This document shows positions 55,938 through 64,000 of a stretch of 64,000 bases of DNA, piece after piece. This DNA is from an uncultured Thermoleophilia bacterium (GTDB lineage Bacteria; Actinomycetota; Thermoleophilia; UBA2241), in the NCBI GenBank assembly GCA_963715985.1, contig CAVQSP010000013.1, positions 160,001 to 224,000 of the forward strand, given 5' to 3'. The position numbers and the translations under genes are program-made. Position 1 is the stretch's first letter. The number at the start of each line of letters is the position of its first letter. The notes under the pieces were generated by a model, which worked only from the letters and a program-made list of their open reading frames with translations, made no database searches and was not told the origin of the DNA.

Positions 55938-57602
55938 GTGACTGCGGTGCGCGTCGCCGCGAGAGTGCTTGGCGTTGCGGCGGCCGCTCTGGCGCTGCTG
56001 GCCGCGGCCGCCACATTCACCGCGTCGCCGGCTGCGGCGCACGCCGCCCTCACCGCCTCCGTGCCGGAGGCCGGACTCCTCGGTGGCGCGGTCGCCCGCG
56101 ACCATCGAGCTCACGTTTGCCGAGGACCCGGACCCGAAGTTCTCCAAGGTCGCGGTGCTGGACGCCGTGGGGCAGAAGGTGCCGGGCGTGTCGGCGCCTG
56201 AGGCGGTGCCCGGCAAGCCGCTCGACCTGCGCGTGACGCTGGCGGAGCCGCTCGGTACCGGCGTGTACACGGTGAACTGGCGCACCGTCTCGGCGGTGGA
56301 CGGTCACGTGGAGAGCGGGGCCTTCGCCTTCGGCGTCGGCGCCACGCCGGCTCCCGGCAGCGAGCAGATCGTGAACCTCGGGAGCACGTCGTCCTGGGCC
56401 GAGGGGCTCGGCGTGGCCGGGCGCTGGTTGCTGTACGCCGGGCTGGCGCTCTTCGTGGGGGCGGCGTCCACCTGCCTCTTCGTCTTTCGCGGCAGGCTGC
56501 CGGCCGGCGGCGTCACACTCTCGCGCCTTGCGCTGCTGCTGGCGGCCGTGGGGCTCGCGCTGATGGTGTGGTCGGAGCGCGAGCTCGTGGGGGCGCCGTC
56601 GCTGTTGCCGCTGTTCCAGTCCCCGGCGGGTCAGCTCCTGCTCTCCTTGGGAGTCGCACTCGCCCTGTGTGCGGCCGCCGTCGTGGCGCTGGACCTGTAT
56701 CCCGCCCGCTGGTCGCTCTGGGTCCTCGGCATCACCGGTCTGGCCGCCATTCTCGTCCACGTCGTCGCCGGCCACGCCGCCGCCCCTTCGTCGTGGCGCT
56801 ACCTCAACCTGTGTGTGCAGTGGGTGCACATGTCGGCCATCGGCGTGTGGCTCGGCGGCCTCGCCTGGCTGCTGCTCGGCATCCGCGGGATGGCGCGGCC
56901 GGAGCGCGCCGCCGCCGTGGCCGCGTTCTCCCGCATCGCCACCGGCACGCTCGTGGTCGTACTCGCCACTGGGCTCGTGAGAGGCCTGGTGGAGGTCGGC
57001 TCGCTCGGGGCGCTGTTCGACACGTCGTACGGCGTCACGCTGCTCGTCAAGGTCGGTCTGGTCGTCTTACTGGTGGCCCTGGGCGCCCTGAACCACTTCC
57101 GCTGGGTCCCGACGCTTGGCGCCCGGGACGGAGCCGCCCGCTCCTTCCGCCTCAACTCGAGTGGTGAGCTGGCGCTGGCGGCGGCTGTGCTGCTGGCGAC
57201 GGCCGTGCTCACCGGGTTCGCCCCCGCCTCGTCCGCCGTCGCCTCCGCGCCGCCGCGCCCGCCGGCGTCACGGCGACCGGCAGCGATTACGCCACTACGA
57301 TGCGCGTCACCCTCACCGCCTCGCCGGGCGTGGCCGGCCGCAACGAGTACCTCGTACGCGTGGAGGGCTACGACAGCGGCGATCCCCTGTCCGGTGTCGC
57401 CGCCGTCAAGCTCGAGTTCTCGCTGCCGGACGACCCGTCCCTGGGCACGTCGTCGCTGAAGCTCGGCAGCGTCTCCGACGGCACATGGCGCGGGGCCGGC
57501 ATGCAGCTCTCCGTGGCAGGCCGCTGGCGCGCGAACGTCGTCGTCGAGCAGGCGGCCGGGGGTGCCGCCGTGCCGCTGGACCTGGACGTGCGCGCGCCCT
57601 GA
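55938..57602 (+). CDS. Copper resistance/import protein CopC-CopD with C-terminal YtkA/FixH-like domain (two frameshifts)
   Basis: Signal then HAALTASVP; GVYTVNWRTVSAVDGH..SG...F (CopC); GHAA, H..AIGVWLGGL, FSRIA, YG.TLLVK (CopD); AGRN..GRWRANV. Confidence 0.88.
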
Positions 57603-57665
57603 CGCGGGCCCAACGGCGGGGGCGGTTGTACTCGCAAAGGTGGGCGCGCATACTCAGAATCGTTC

Positions 57666-58787
57666 ATGCGCTTCCTCACCCGTATCCACACCCTCCTCGC
57701 GTCCTCCAGGCGGCGCTGGTTCGTCCTCGCCGCGGTGGCGGTCCTGATCGTCGTCGTGCTGGGCCGCGACGACCTCGCGCATATGGCGCGCTCGGTGCTC
57801 GCCGCAGACTGGCGCTGGGCACTCGTGGCACTCGGCCTCATGCTGCTCTCCCTCTGGATGCGGAGCGTCGCTCTCACGGCCATCGTGCGGGCCGCCGCGA
57901 CGACCGGCGTCCGGGTCAGGGACGCGTTCTCCTCCACCAGCATCGGGCTGCTCGCCAACGCGGTGGTGCCGGTGCGCCTGGGTGCCCTCCTCAACCCCTA
58001 CGTGCTCTATCTCCTGCTGCGCCGCCGCGGCGCCGGGGTGCCGTTCGTCACGGCCTTCGGCATGACGGTGACCGAGCAGCTCTTCTCGGCGCTGACGTTC
58101 GTGGTGCTCGGGCTGGTCTTCGTCTCGACGCTGTCGGCTCCGGCGTGGGCGACACCGGCGCTCATCGTCTGTGGCGTGCTCCTCGGCCTGGGCCTGGCCG
58201 GCGCGACCGCCATGCAGTTCCACCGCGTGCGGCGTCGTGCCACCGGCTACCTCGCGGACTGCGTGGGGGCGGCCGAGGACGGCGCGAAGCCGGGCTGGCG
58301 CGGCAGGCTGCACTCGGTCCTGCCGCACTTCGTGGACAGCCAGCGCGTGCTCGCGCGGCCGTCCCGCGCGCTGCTGGTCGGCGGGGTACAGGCCTCGGCC
58401 TGGCTGGTACAGCTCGCCGCCGCGGTCGCCGTCCTCCACGCGTTCCATCTGGGCGGCGCCGGCTGGCATGCCGCCGCCCTCGTCCTCATCCTCACCAACC
58501 TGATCGGCATCCTGCCGCTCACGCCGGGCAACCTGGGCACGTTCCAGGTGGCGGCGACGGCTGCGCTCGCCGCCTCCGGCGTGGCGCCCGGCCCCGCGCT
58601 GGCTTTCGCCCTCGGCCTCCAGGCCATGCAGCTGCTCGTGGGCGTCACCGCCGGCCTCGTGTCGCTGAGCGTGCAGGGGATGAGCCTCGGGGACCTGGCC
58701 GGCAAGGGGCGACACGCCGCCGAGCTCCTGCGGCAGCATCGCCCGGCTCCTGCACCGGCCCCTGCCGACCCGTCCGCAAGCGCCTGA
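57666..58787 (+). CDS. Lysylphosphatidylglycerol synthase TM domain / UPF0104 flippase-like membrane protein
   Basis: IGLLANAVVPVRLG, E-containing TM, LPLTPGNLGTFQ. Confidence 0.8.
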   Translation: MRFLTRIHTLLASSRRRWFVLAAVAVLIVVVLGRDDLAHMARSVLAADWRWALVALGLMLLSLWMRSVALTAIVRAAATTGVRVRDAFSSTSIGLLANAVVPVRLGALLNPYVLYLLLRRRGAGVPFVTAFGMTVTEQLFSALTFVVLGLVFVSTLSAPAWATPALIVCGVLLGLGLAGATAMQFHRVRRRATGYLADCVGAAEDGAKPGWRGRLHSVLPHFVDSQRVLARPSRALLVGGVQASAWLVQLAAAVAVLHAFHLGGAGWHAAALVLILTNLIGILPLTPGNLGTFQVAATAALAASGVAPGPALAFALGLQAMQLLVGVTAGLVSLSVQGMSLGDLAGKGRHAAELLRQHRPAPAPAPADPSASA

Positions 58788-58926
58788 CGCAGCGATCGCG
58801 CCGGTCTTCCGGCCACGCCGGCCAGAAGTTGTCCCGCCGGTCGACCGGGGCGGTTTGGCGCCGCTCTCCGACGGGGCACCTTGTTCTCGCCGCGCGGGGT
58901 GCGCGGGGAGGAAGCGCTCAGGAGGC

Positions 58927-59577
58927 GTGATCGTGGACCATCGTGCCGTCGTGGCCGTTCTGGCCGCACTCGCTCTCGCCGTGGCCTTGCTGGCAGCGCC
59001 GGCCCTCGCTCACGAGACGAACGAGGTCGGCGACCTCTCCCTGGAGATCGGGTGGGGCACCGAACCGGCCTACGTGGGGCAGCTCAACAGCGTCCAGGTC
59101 ATCGTGACGCACAAGGCGGACGGCGACCCGATCGAGGACCCGGGCGCCAGCCTCGCGGCCGCGGTGTCGTACGGCGACAAGAAGACCAGCGTGGACCTGG
59201 CACCGAACTTCGAGAGCATCCCCGGCGAGTACCGGGCGCTGCTGATCCCCACTGCTCCCGGCGACTACACGTTCCACATCACCGGCAAGGTCGAGGGCCT
59301 CGACGTGGACGTGGAGGTCACCAGCTCGCCGCAAGACGTTCTCGCCGGTGGAGGACGCATCCGCCGTCCAGTTCCCGGTCAAGACGCCGTCCAATGCCGA
59401 GCTCGCCCAACGCCTCGACGCCGAGCTGGGCCGGTTGTCGCGGCGGGCGAGGCGTCCGCGCAGCTGCCGACGGAGAGCGACGTGACCAGCGCCCGCGTGC
59501 TGGGCATCGCCGGCATCGTGGTCGGCGCGATCGGCGTCGTCCTCGCGGCCGTGGCGCTGCTGCGCCGGCGCGCCTGA
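58927..59577 (+). CDS. Exported membrane-anchored hypothetical protein (compensating frameshifts around 59330-59435)
   Basis: Signal peptide ending ALA-HETNEVG; IGWGTEPAY; GEYRALLIPTAPGDYTFHITG; C-terminal TM followed by RRR; AGGAGG RBS. Confidence 0.75.
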   Translation: MIVDHRAVVAVLAALALAVALLAAPALAHETNEVGDLSLEIGWGTEPAYVGQLNSVQVIVTHKADGDPIEDPGASLAAAVSYGDKKTSVDLAPNFESIPGEYRALLIPTAPGDYTFHITGKVEGLDVDVEVTSSPQDVLAGGGRIRRPVPGQDAVQCRARPTPRRRAGPVVAAGEASAQLPTESDVTSARVLGIAGIVVGAIGVVLAAVALLRRRA

Positions 59578-59578
59578 G

Positions 59579-61459
59579 TCAGGCCGTGGGCTCGGGCGGC
59601 TCAGGTGGCCCGAGCTGCTCGCCGGGTCCGGGCTCCACCGCCGCCGCCCCCTCGGGCTCGTCCACATCGCCGTAGTCGTCGACCCAGTGCATCGGGTCCT
59701 CGCCGACGTCCAGGACGTACTCCGCGACGGCCTGGTCCACGGTGTAGTAGAAGTTCTCCTCGCCGATGTCCCAGTACACGCCGTAGCGCCGCAGCCGGTC
59801 GCCGACGGGCCCCTTGACCTCTGCGAAGGCCACGGTGATGCCGGCGGCGGCGAGGTCGTCGAGGAGGTCGCGCAGTGACTCCACGCCCGTGGTGTCGATG
59901 TCGGTGATGGGTTCGGCGGCGATCACGACCCTCCGCACCGGCTCACCGCGCTCGGCCACGTGCTGCTTGACGCAGCGCGCGAAGTGCTCGGCGTTGGCGA
60001 AGAAGATCGGCGCGTCGAAGCGGTAGATCACCAGGCCGGGGACCTGCTCGGCTTCGGGATGACGGGCGATGTCGTGGTAGCCGTGGCGGCCCCGAACGCG
60101 ACCCAGGGTCGCGTCGTACGGCCGCCACAGCTGCCACAGAAACGTCAGGATCGAGAGCACGACGGCGATCACGATGCCTTGCAGCACACCGACCACGGCC
60201 ACGCCGAACAGCGCCGCGAGACACAGGGCGAGCTCGGTGCGGCGTACCTTCCACAGCCAGCGCATCGTCGTGAGGTCGAACAGGGACGTGCCGGCGACGA
60301 TGACGATGGCGGCGAGCGAGGCCTGCGGCAGGTAGGTGGTCAGGCCGCCGGCGACGAGCAGGAGGACGACGATGGCGGCCGCGCCCACCACGCCGACCAG
60401 CTGGCTGCGGCCGCCGGCCGCCTCGGCCACGGCCGTGCGCGAGCTGCTGGCGCTCACCGGGAAGCCCTGGAAGAACCCCGCGGCCATGTTGGCGGTGCCG
60501 AGGGCCACGATCTCCTGGTTGGGGTCCACGTCGCGGTCGTACTTGAGCGCGAACGTGCGTGAGAGGGCCGACGTGTCGGCGAGCGTGATGAAGGCCATGC
60601 CGAACGCGGCGAGGGCGAGCTGCCAGATGTCGTCGAGAGGGATCGAGGGCAACGCCGGCGTGGGGAAGCCGCCGGGCACCGGTCCGACCACGGGGACCCC
60701 GTCGGCCGCGAGACCCAGCACCGCCACCACGAGCGTGGCGCCGACGAAGGCGACCAGGACACCGGGGAACTTGGGCAGCCAGTGTCTGAAGGCGAACAGC
60801 AGCGCGAGGCAGCAGACGCCGATGGCCAGCGCGTACCAGTTGGTGAGACCGTCGGCCACGCCGGCGAGGAACTCCCAGAAGCGTGCGGGCGTCGCGTCGG
60901 CCTCCACGCTGAAGCCGAAGAGCTTGGGCAGCTGACTCACCACGACCACGACGGCGATGCCGTTGATGTACCCGACGCGCAGCGGCTTGGAGAGCAGTTC
61001 GGTGATGACGCCGAGGCGGGCGAACCCCGCGACCACGCAGATGAGCCCCATCAGGATCGCCAGCGCGGAGGCGAGCGCCACGGCCTTGGCCGGGTCGCCG
61101 TCGGCGCCGATGAGCGGCAGGATGGCGGCCAGGATCATCGGGGCCAGGGCGGAGTCGGGCCCGAGCACGAGGATCGGCGAGGGTCCGAACACCGCGTAGG
61201 CGAGCAGGGCGAGGATGGTGGTGTAGAGGCCGGTGACCGCAGGCAGCCCGGCCAGCTCCGCGTATGCCATGCCCTGCGGCACCAGGAGCGCGGTGACGGC
61301 GAGCCCGGCGACGAGGTCGCCTCTCAGCCCGCCGCGCTTGTAGTGGCGCAGCGTGACGAGCCCCGGCAGCCACCGCGCCGCTCCGTGCGGCGGGCGCGGC
61401 TCAAGCCGTGTGGTGAAAGAAGAGGGCGGCGGACCCTCCGTGCCAGGCTGCGCGCTCAT
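59579..61459 (-). CDS. SulP/SLC26 anion transporter with STAS domain
   Basis: DLVAGLAV..VPQGMAYAELAGLP..GLY, LGPDS, NQEIVALG.AN, SSSRT, YRFDAPIFFANA, IDTTG. Confidence 0.94.
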   Translation of the reverse strand: MSAQPGTEGPPPSSFTTRLEPRPPHGAARWLPGLVTLRHYKRGGLRGDLVAGLAVTALLVPQGMAYAELAGLPAVTGLYTTILALLAYAVFGPSPILVLGPDSALAPMILAAILPLIGADGDPAKAVALASALAILMGLICVVAGFARLGVITELLSKPLRVGYINGIAVVVVVSQLPKLFGFSVEADATPARFWEFLAGVADGLTNWYALAIGVCCLALLFAFRHWLPKFPGVLVAFVGATLVVAVLGLAADGVPVVGPVPGGFPTPALPSIPLDDIWQLALAAFGMAFITLADTSALSRTFALKYDRDVDPNQEIVALGTANMAAGFFQGFPVSASSSRTAVAEAAGGRSQLVGVVGAAAIVVLLLVAGGLTTYLPQASLAAIVIVAGTSLFDLTTMRWLWKVRRTELALCLAALFGVAVVGVLQGIVIAVVLSILTFLWQLWRPYDATLGRVRGRHGYHDIARHPEAEQVPGLVIYRFDAPIFFANAEHFARCVKQHVAERGEPVRRVVIAAEPITDIDTTGVESLRDLLDDLAAAGITVAFAEVKGPVGDRLRRYGVYWDIGEENFYYTVDQAVAEYVLDVGEDPMHWVDDYGDVDEPEGAAAVEPGPGEQLGPPEPPEPTA

Positions 61460-61542
61460 GATGAGCGCATCCTATCCCGACCCGGGCGGGGCGGGAGACG
61501 GTCTCCTCGTGCGTGTGGCGCTGCCGTGGCATGGTGGGCGGC

Positions 61543-61818
61543 ATGGACGAGCGGGAGCTGCAGCGCGAGGCCGCCCAGATCATCGGGACCGGCGAGGAGA
61601 TCCTCGCCGCCGCCATCTTCGGCCTGCAGGACGACTACGCGAAGATCCTCGTCGCCGGCGTCGCCACCGGGACCGCCGCTGCGGTAGCGGGCCTCGACGA
61701 GCCGCTCGCCGACGACGCCGCACGCCAGCGAATCGGGCTCACCGGCTCGACCGCGTTCTTCAGCCCCGAGGCCGCGGGTGACAAGCTCGTGCTGCACCTG
61801 CTCTCCGCTTCGTCCTGA
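61543..61818 (+). CDS. Small hypothetical protein, possibly a truncated remnant
   Basis: MDERELQREAAQIIGTGEEILAAAIFG; coding-like codon usage; no family recognised. Confidence 0.45.
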   Translation: MDERELQREAAQIIGTGEEILAAAIFGLQDDYAKILVAGVATGTAAAVAGLDEPLADDAARQRIGLTGSTAFFSPEAAGDKLVLHLLSASS

Positions 61819-61861
61819 CCCGCACCTTGTCGGCGGGCAGCCGCGCGGACCGTAGCGGCAG

Positions 61862-62470
61862 TCAGAAGAGCTCGAGCAGGTCGCCGGGCGCGTACGCCAT
61901 GTGGTCGGGCGCCACCCGGGCGAGGCGCTCCGGACCGTGCCAACCCCAGGCGGCGCCGACCGTGCGCACACCGGCTTCGCGGGCCTCCAGGATGTCGCCC
62001 ACGGTGTCGCCCACGTACCACGCCGGCCGCGCATGCCCGAAGCGCTCACGCGCCGAGCGGATGCGGCGCGTCTTGCTCGCCTCCTGGTCGCCGCCGATGA
62101 CCTCGGCGACGCCCTTCACGCCGTGCTCTTCGAGGATGCGCTTCACGTCATCGGTGCGGGCCGAGGTGATGACCAGCACCGTGTGGGTCGCGGCGAGGCG
62201 TTCCACCACCGTGGCCATACCTGGGAACAGCGCGGGGCTCGGCAGGTCGCGGAACGAGTCCTCGAGCTGAGCGGCGACTTCGACCGGCACGCCGGCCGCG
62301 TCGAGCGCGGCGAACCAGTTCGTCTCCAGGAAGTCGAGGAAGTGCGAGGGTGTGGCGAGGTGGTCGAGCCCCTCGCCGCTCAGCGTCCGCACGAACGCGT
62401 CGCTCTGGTCGTCCAGCGAGTCGGCGATGACGCCGTCGAAGTCGAGCATGATCAGCTGCTGCTGCGCCAC
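61862..62470 (-). CDS. HAD family hydrolase (phosphoglycolate phosphatase-like)
   Basis: DFDGVIADS, ITS, K, YVGDTVGDI..A..AG....AAWG. Confidence 0.9.
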   Translation of the reverse strand: MAQQQLIMLDFDGVIADSLDDQSDAFVRTLSGEGLDHLATPSHFLDFLETNWFAALDAAGVPVEVAAQLEDSFRDLPSPALFPGMATVVERLAATHTVLVITSARTDDVKRILEEHGVKGVAEVIGGDQEASKTRRIRSARERFGHARPAWYVGDTVGDILEAREAGVRTVGAAWGWHGPERLARVAPDHMAYAPGDLLELF

Positions 62471-62585
62471 GGCGTCTCCGGGGTCGCGGGCGGGGGAGAG
62501 CGCCGCACGAGCGCGTCTCGACTGTCAGTCGCTGGAGCCTATCCGCCCTGGGAGATGCCGCGGCAAACCGCCGCTGCGCGAGATG

Positions 62586-62873
62586 TCAGGCGTCGGTGTC
62601 CATCACGTGTTCGAGCACTTCGAACCTCGGCATCGACACGTTGCCGGTGGCCCACTTGATCGCTTCGTGCAGCTCGAGCCCCTCAGCGTGACGGCGGGCC
62701 TGCTCGACGGTGTCGAACTCGAGGACCACGCGGATGTCGTTCGCGTCGTCTGCCATCCTGTACACCCTGGCGCTCCTCGATCCGAGACGCCGCCGGCGCT
62801 CCTCGTCGTCCAGGAAGACCGACTTGAAGGTCTCGAAGTCCCCCACGATGTGGTTGATGATCAGCAGCGCCAT
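62586..62873 (-). CDS. Small dimeric alpha/beta-barrel (ABM-like) hypothetical protein, copy 1
   Basis: H.V.DFE.FK.VF.DD..RR...G......R..DD.N...V.LEFDT.E.A; AGGAGAGAGGA RBS. Confidence 0.75.
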   Translation of the reverse strand: MALLIINHIVGDFETFKSVFLDDEERRRRLGSRSARVYRMADDANDIRVVLEFDTVEQARRHAEGLELHEAIKWATGNVSMPRFEVLEHVMDTDA

Positions 62874-63037
62874 GTCCTCTCCTGCCCTCGCGGTCCCGGT
62901 GCGACGATTCTATACGTGAGGCAGAATGCGGCGAGAGGCGCGGCAGTCCTCCATCCGACATCCGGTGGCGCCCCTGTCCGCACGCAGCGCGGGGTGGTAT
63001 CAATCAGATGTGACCTGTCGGGGAGCGAGGAGGGGCG

Positions 63038-63226
63038 ATGGCTGAGAGCAAAGGGAATGCAGGCGGAGCGGTCGGCGGCGCTGTCTACGGCCTCGGCTTC
63101 ATCGGCGCGCTCGTCTACTTCATCCAGAGCGCGACGTCGTTCTGGGACGGCGTCTGGGGCGTGCTCCAGTCGATCGTCTGGCCGGCGTTCCTGGTGTGGG
63201 GCGTCTTCGACTTTCTGAAGATGTGA
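63038..63226 (+). CDS. Small membrane protein (62 aa)
   Basis: AVYGLGFIGALVYFIQ.A.SFW.GV.G.L..IVWPAFLV; GAGGAGG RBS. Confidence 0.75.
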   Translation: MAESKGNAGGAVGGAVYGLGFIGALVYFIQSATSFWDGVWGVLQSIVWPAFLVWGVFDFLKM

Positions 63227-63253
63227 GAGACGGGACTCCATCCGGGCGGAGCA

Positions 63254-63285
63254 GCGAGAGGCCCGGCGACCGCCGGGCCTCTCGC
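63254..63285. terminator. Hairpin between convergent genes
   Basis: GCGAGAGGCCCGGC-GACC-GCCGGGCCTCTCGC, 14-bp stem. Confidence 0.65.
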
Positions 63286-63331
63286 GCACCTCGATCCATC
63301 CGTCGGACGGCCTGCGCCGCCCGTACTCTGG

Positions 63332-63619
63332 TCAGTGCGGTGACTCCAGCACCTCTTCGAAGACCGTGACCCGGGTCGTCGGGGACTTGGCGCTCGACCA
63401 GTGCATCGCCTGCTCCAGCTCGAAGGACCCGGCGAACTCGCGCGCATGCTCGACGGTGTCCCATTCCAGCACGACGCTCACGTTGTTGGGGTCGTCGGCG
63501 GCGCGCCAGATGTGGCCGCGCCGGCAGCCAAGGCGCCGGCGCCGCTCGGCGTCGTCCATGTAGACTCGCTTGAGCATCTCGAAGTCGGAGATCTCGTGCT
63601 CTATGAGTACGTACGCCAT
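63332..63619 (-). CDS. Small dimeric alpha/beta-barrel (ABM-like) hypothetical protein, copy 2
   Basis: Same length (95 aa) and motif pattern as 62586..62873. Confidence 0.75.
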   Translation of the reverse strand: MAYVLIEHEISDFEMLKRVYMDDAERRRRLGCRRGHIWRAADDPNNVSVVLEWDTVEHAREFAGSFELEQAMHWSSAKSPTTRVTVFEEVLESPH

Positions 63620-63751
63620 GACTGCGGCCCCTCTCTGCTCAGGGCGCGATCGTCGTCCGTCTGCGGATCGCGCCGGCCTTCACAGTCAGTCTACCCGGGC
63701 CCACGGTCGACGCTTGCCCACGTGGCCCGGCGCCGACGGCCGGGCGAACCG

Positions 63752-64000
63752 CTAGGTCAGCTCGTCGAGGTGGCACTCGCCGCCGGGTCCGGCGATCACG
63801 AGGAGCATGTCTCCCTCCGCGATCTTCAGGCCAGGGCCCGGCATGACGATCTCGCTGCCGCGAAGCACGGCGGCCGGATGGCAGCTCGGAGGCATCCGCA
63901 GCTCCTCGAACGTTCTTCCCGCCAGGCTTCCGCCCTCGGTCGCCGTGATGGACGTGATGGTGACCTCCCCCTCCTTGAGGTCGAGAAGCTTGACCAGGTC
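63752..64000 (-). CDS. TrkA-C (RCK_C) domain protein, 5' partial
   Basis: LVKLLDLKEGEVTITSI...SLAGRTFEELRMP......AVLRGSEIVMP.....I.EGDMLLV, TAG at 63752-63754. Confidence 0.75.
   Translation of the reverse strand, partial: DLVKLLDLKEGEVTITSITATEGGSLAGRTFEELRMPPSCHPAAVLRGSEIVMPGPGLKIAEGDMLLVIAGPGGECHLDELT

Noticed and set aside
167-57602. Mass pseudogenisation or programmed frameshifting
   Set aside because: Breaks hit essential genes (yidC, nuoN, nuoG, qcrB), catalytic motifs are intact, and I saw no consistent slippery sites; single-base sequencing indels are the simpler explanation.
1-64000. CRISPR array, tRNA/rRNA, transposase, integrase or prophage genes
   Set aside because: No regularly spaced repeats, RNA gene signatures or mobile-element motifs were recognised.

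Overview
High-GC actinobacterial chromosome segment, most likely class Thermoleophilia (inference from gene content). It starts in the yidD-yidC-jag(khpB) cluster that normally sits beside oriC. It then carries housekeeping and hypothetical genes (nfo, a CocE/NonD hydrolase, an AsnB amidotransferase fused to an F420:gamma-glutamyl-ligase-like domain, a DUF294 nucleotidyltransferase) and an ABC-2 exporter. A ~15 kb catabolic island follows (16.9-33 kb): hydantoinase/oxoprolinase A+B, an M20 deacylase, a saccharopine/lysine dehydrogenase-like enzyme, three TetR genes, a Tat-exported Liv-type ABC importer and a secreted cyclase. A ~26 kb respiratory supercluster (33-59.6 kb) has a complete E. coli-type complex I operon (nuoA-N with fused nuoCD) divergent from qcrCAB, ctaB, a caa3-type oxidase (subunit II with cytochrome c; fused subunits I/III) and copper genes. 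The most striking detail is that NuoF has Ala at the position matching E. coli NuoF Glu183, the substitution known to let complex I oxidise NADPH. Many genes, including essential ones, are split by single-base frameshifts that look like uncorrected long-read indels, so gene ends are approximate. No rRNA, tRNA, CRISPR array or transposase was recognised.
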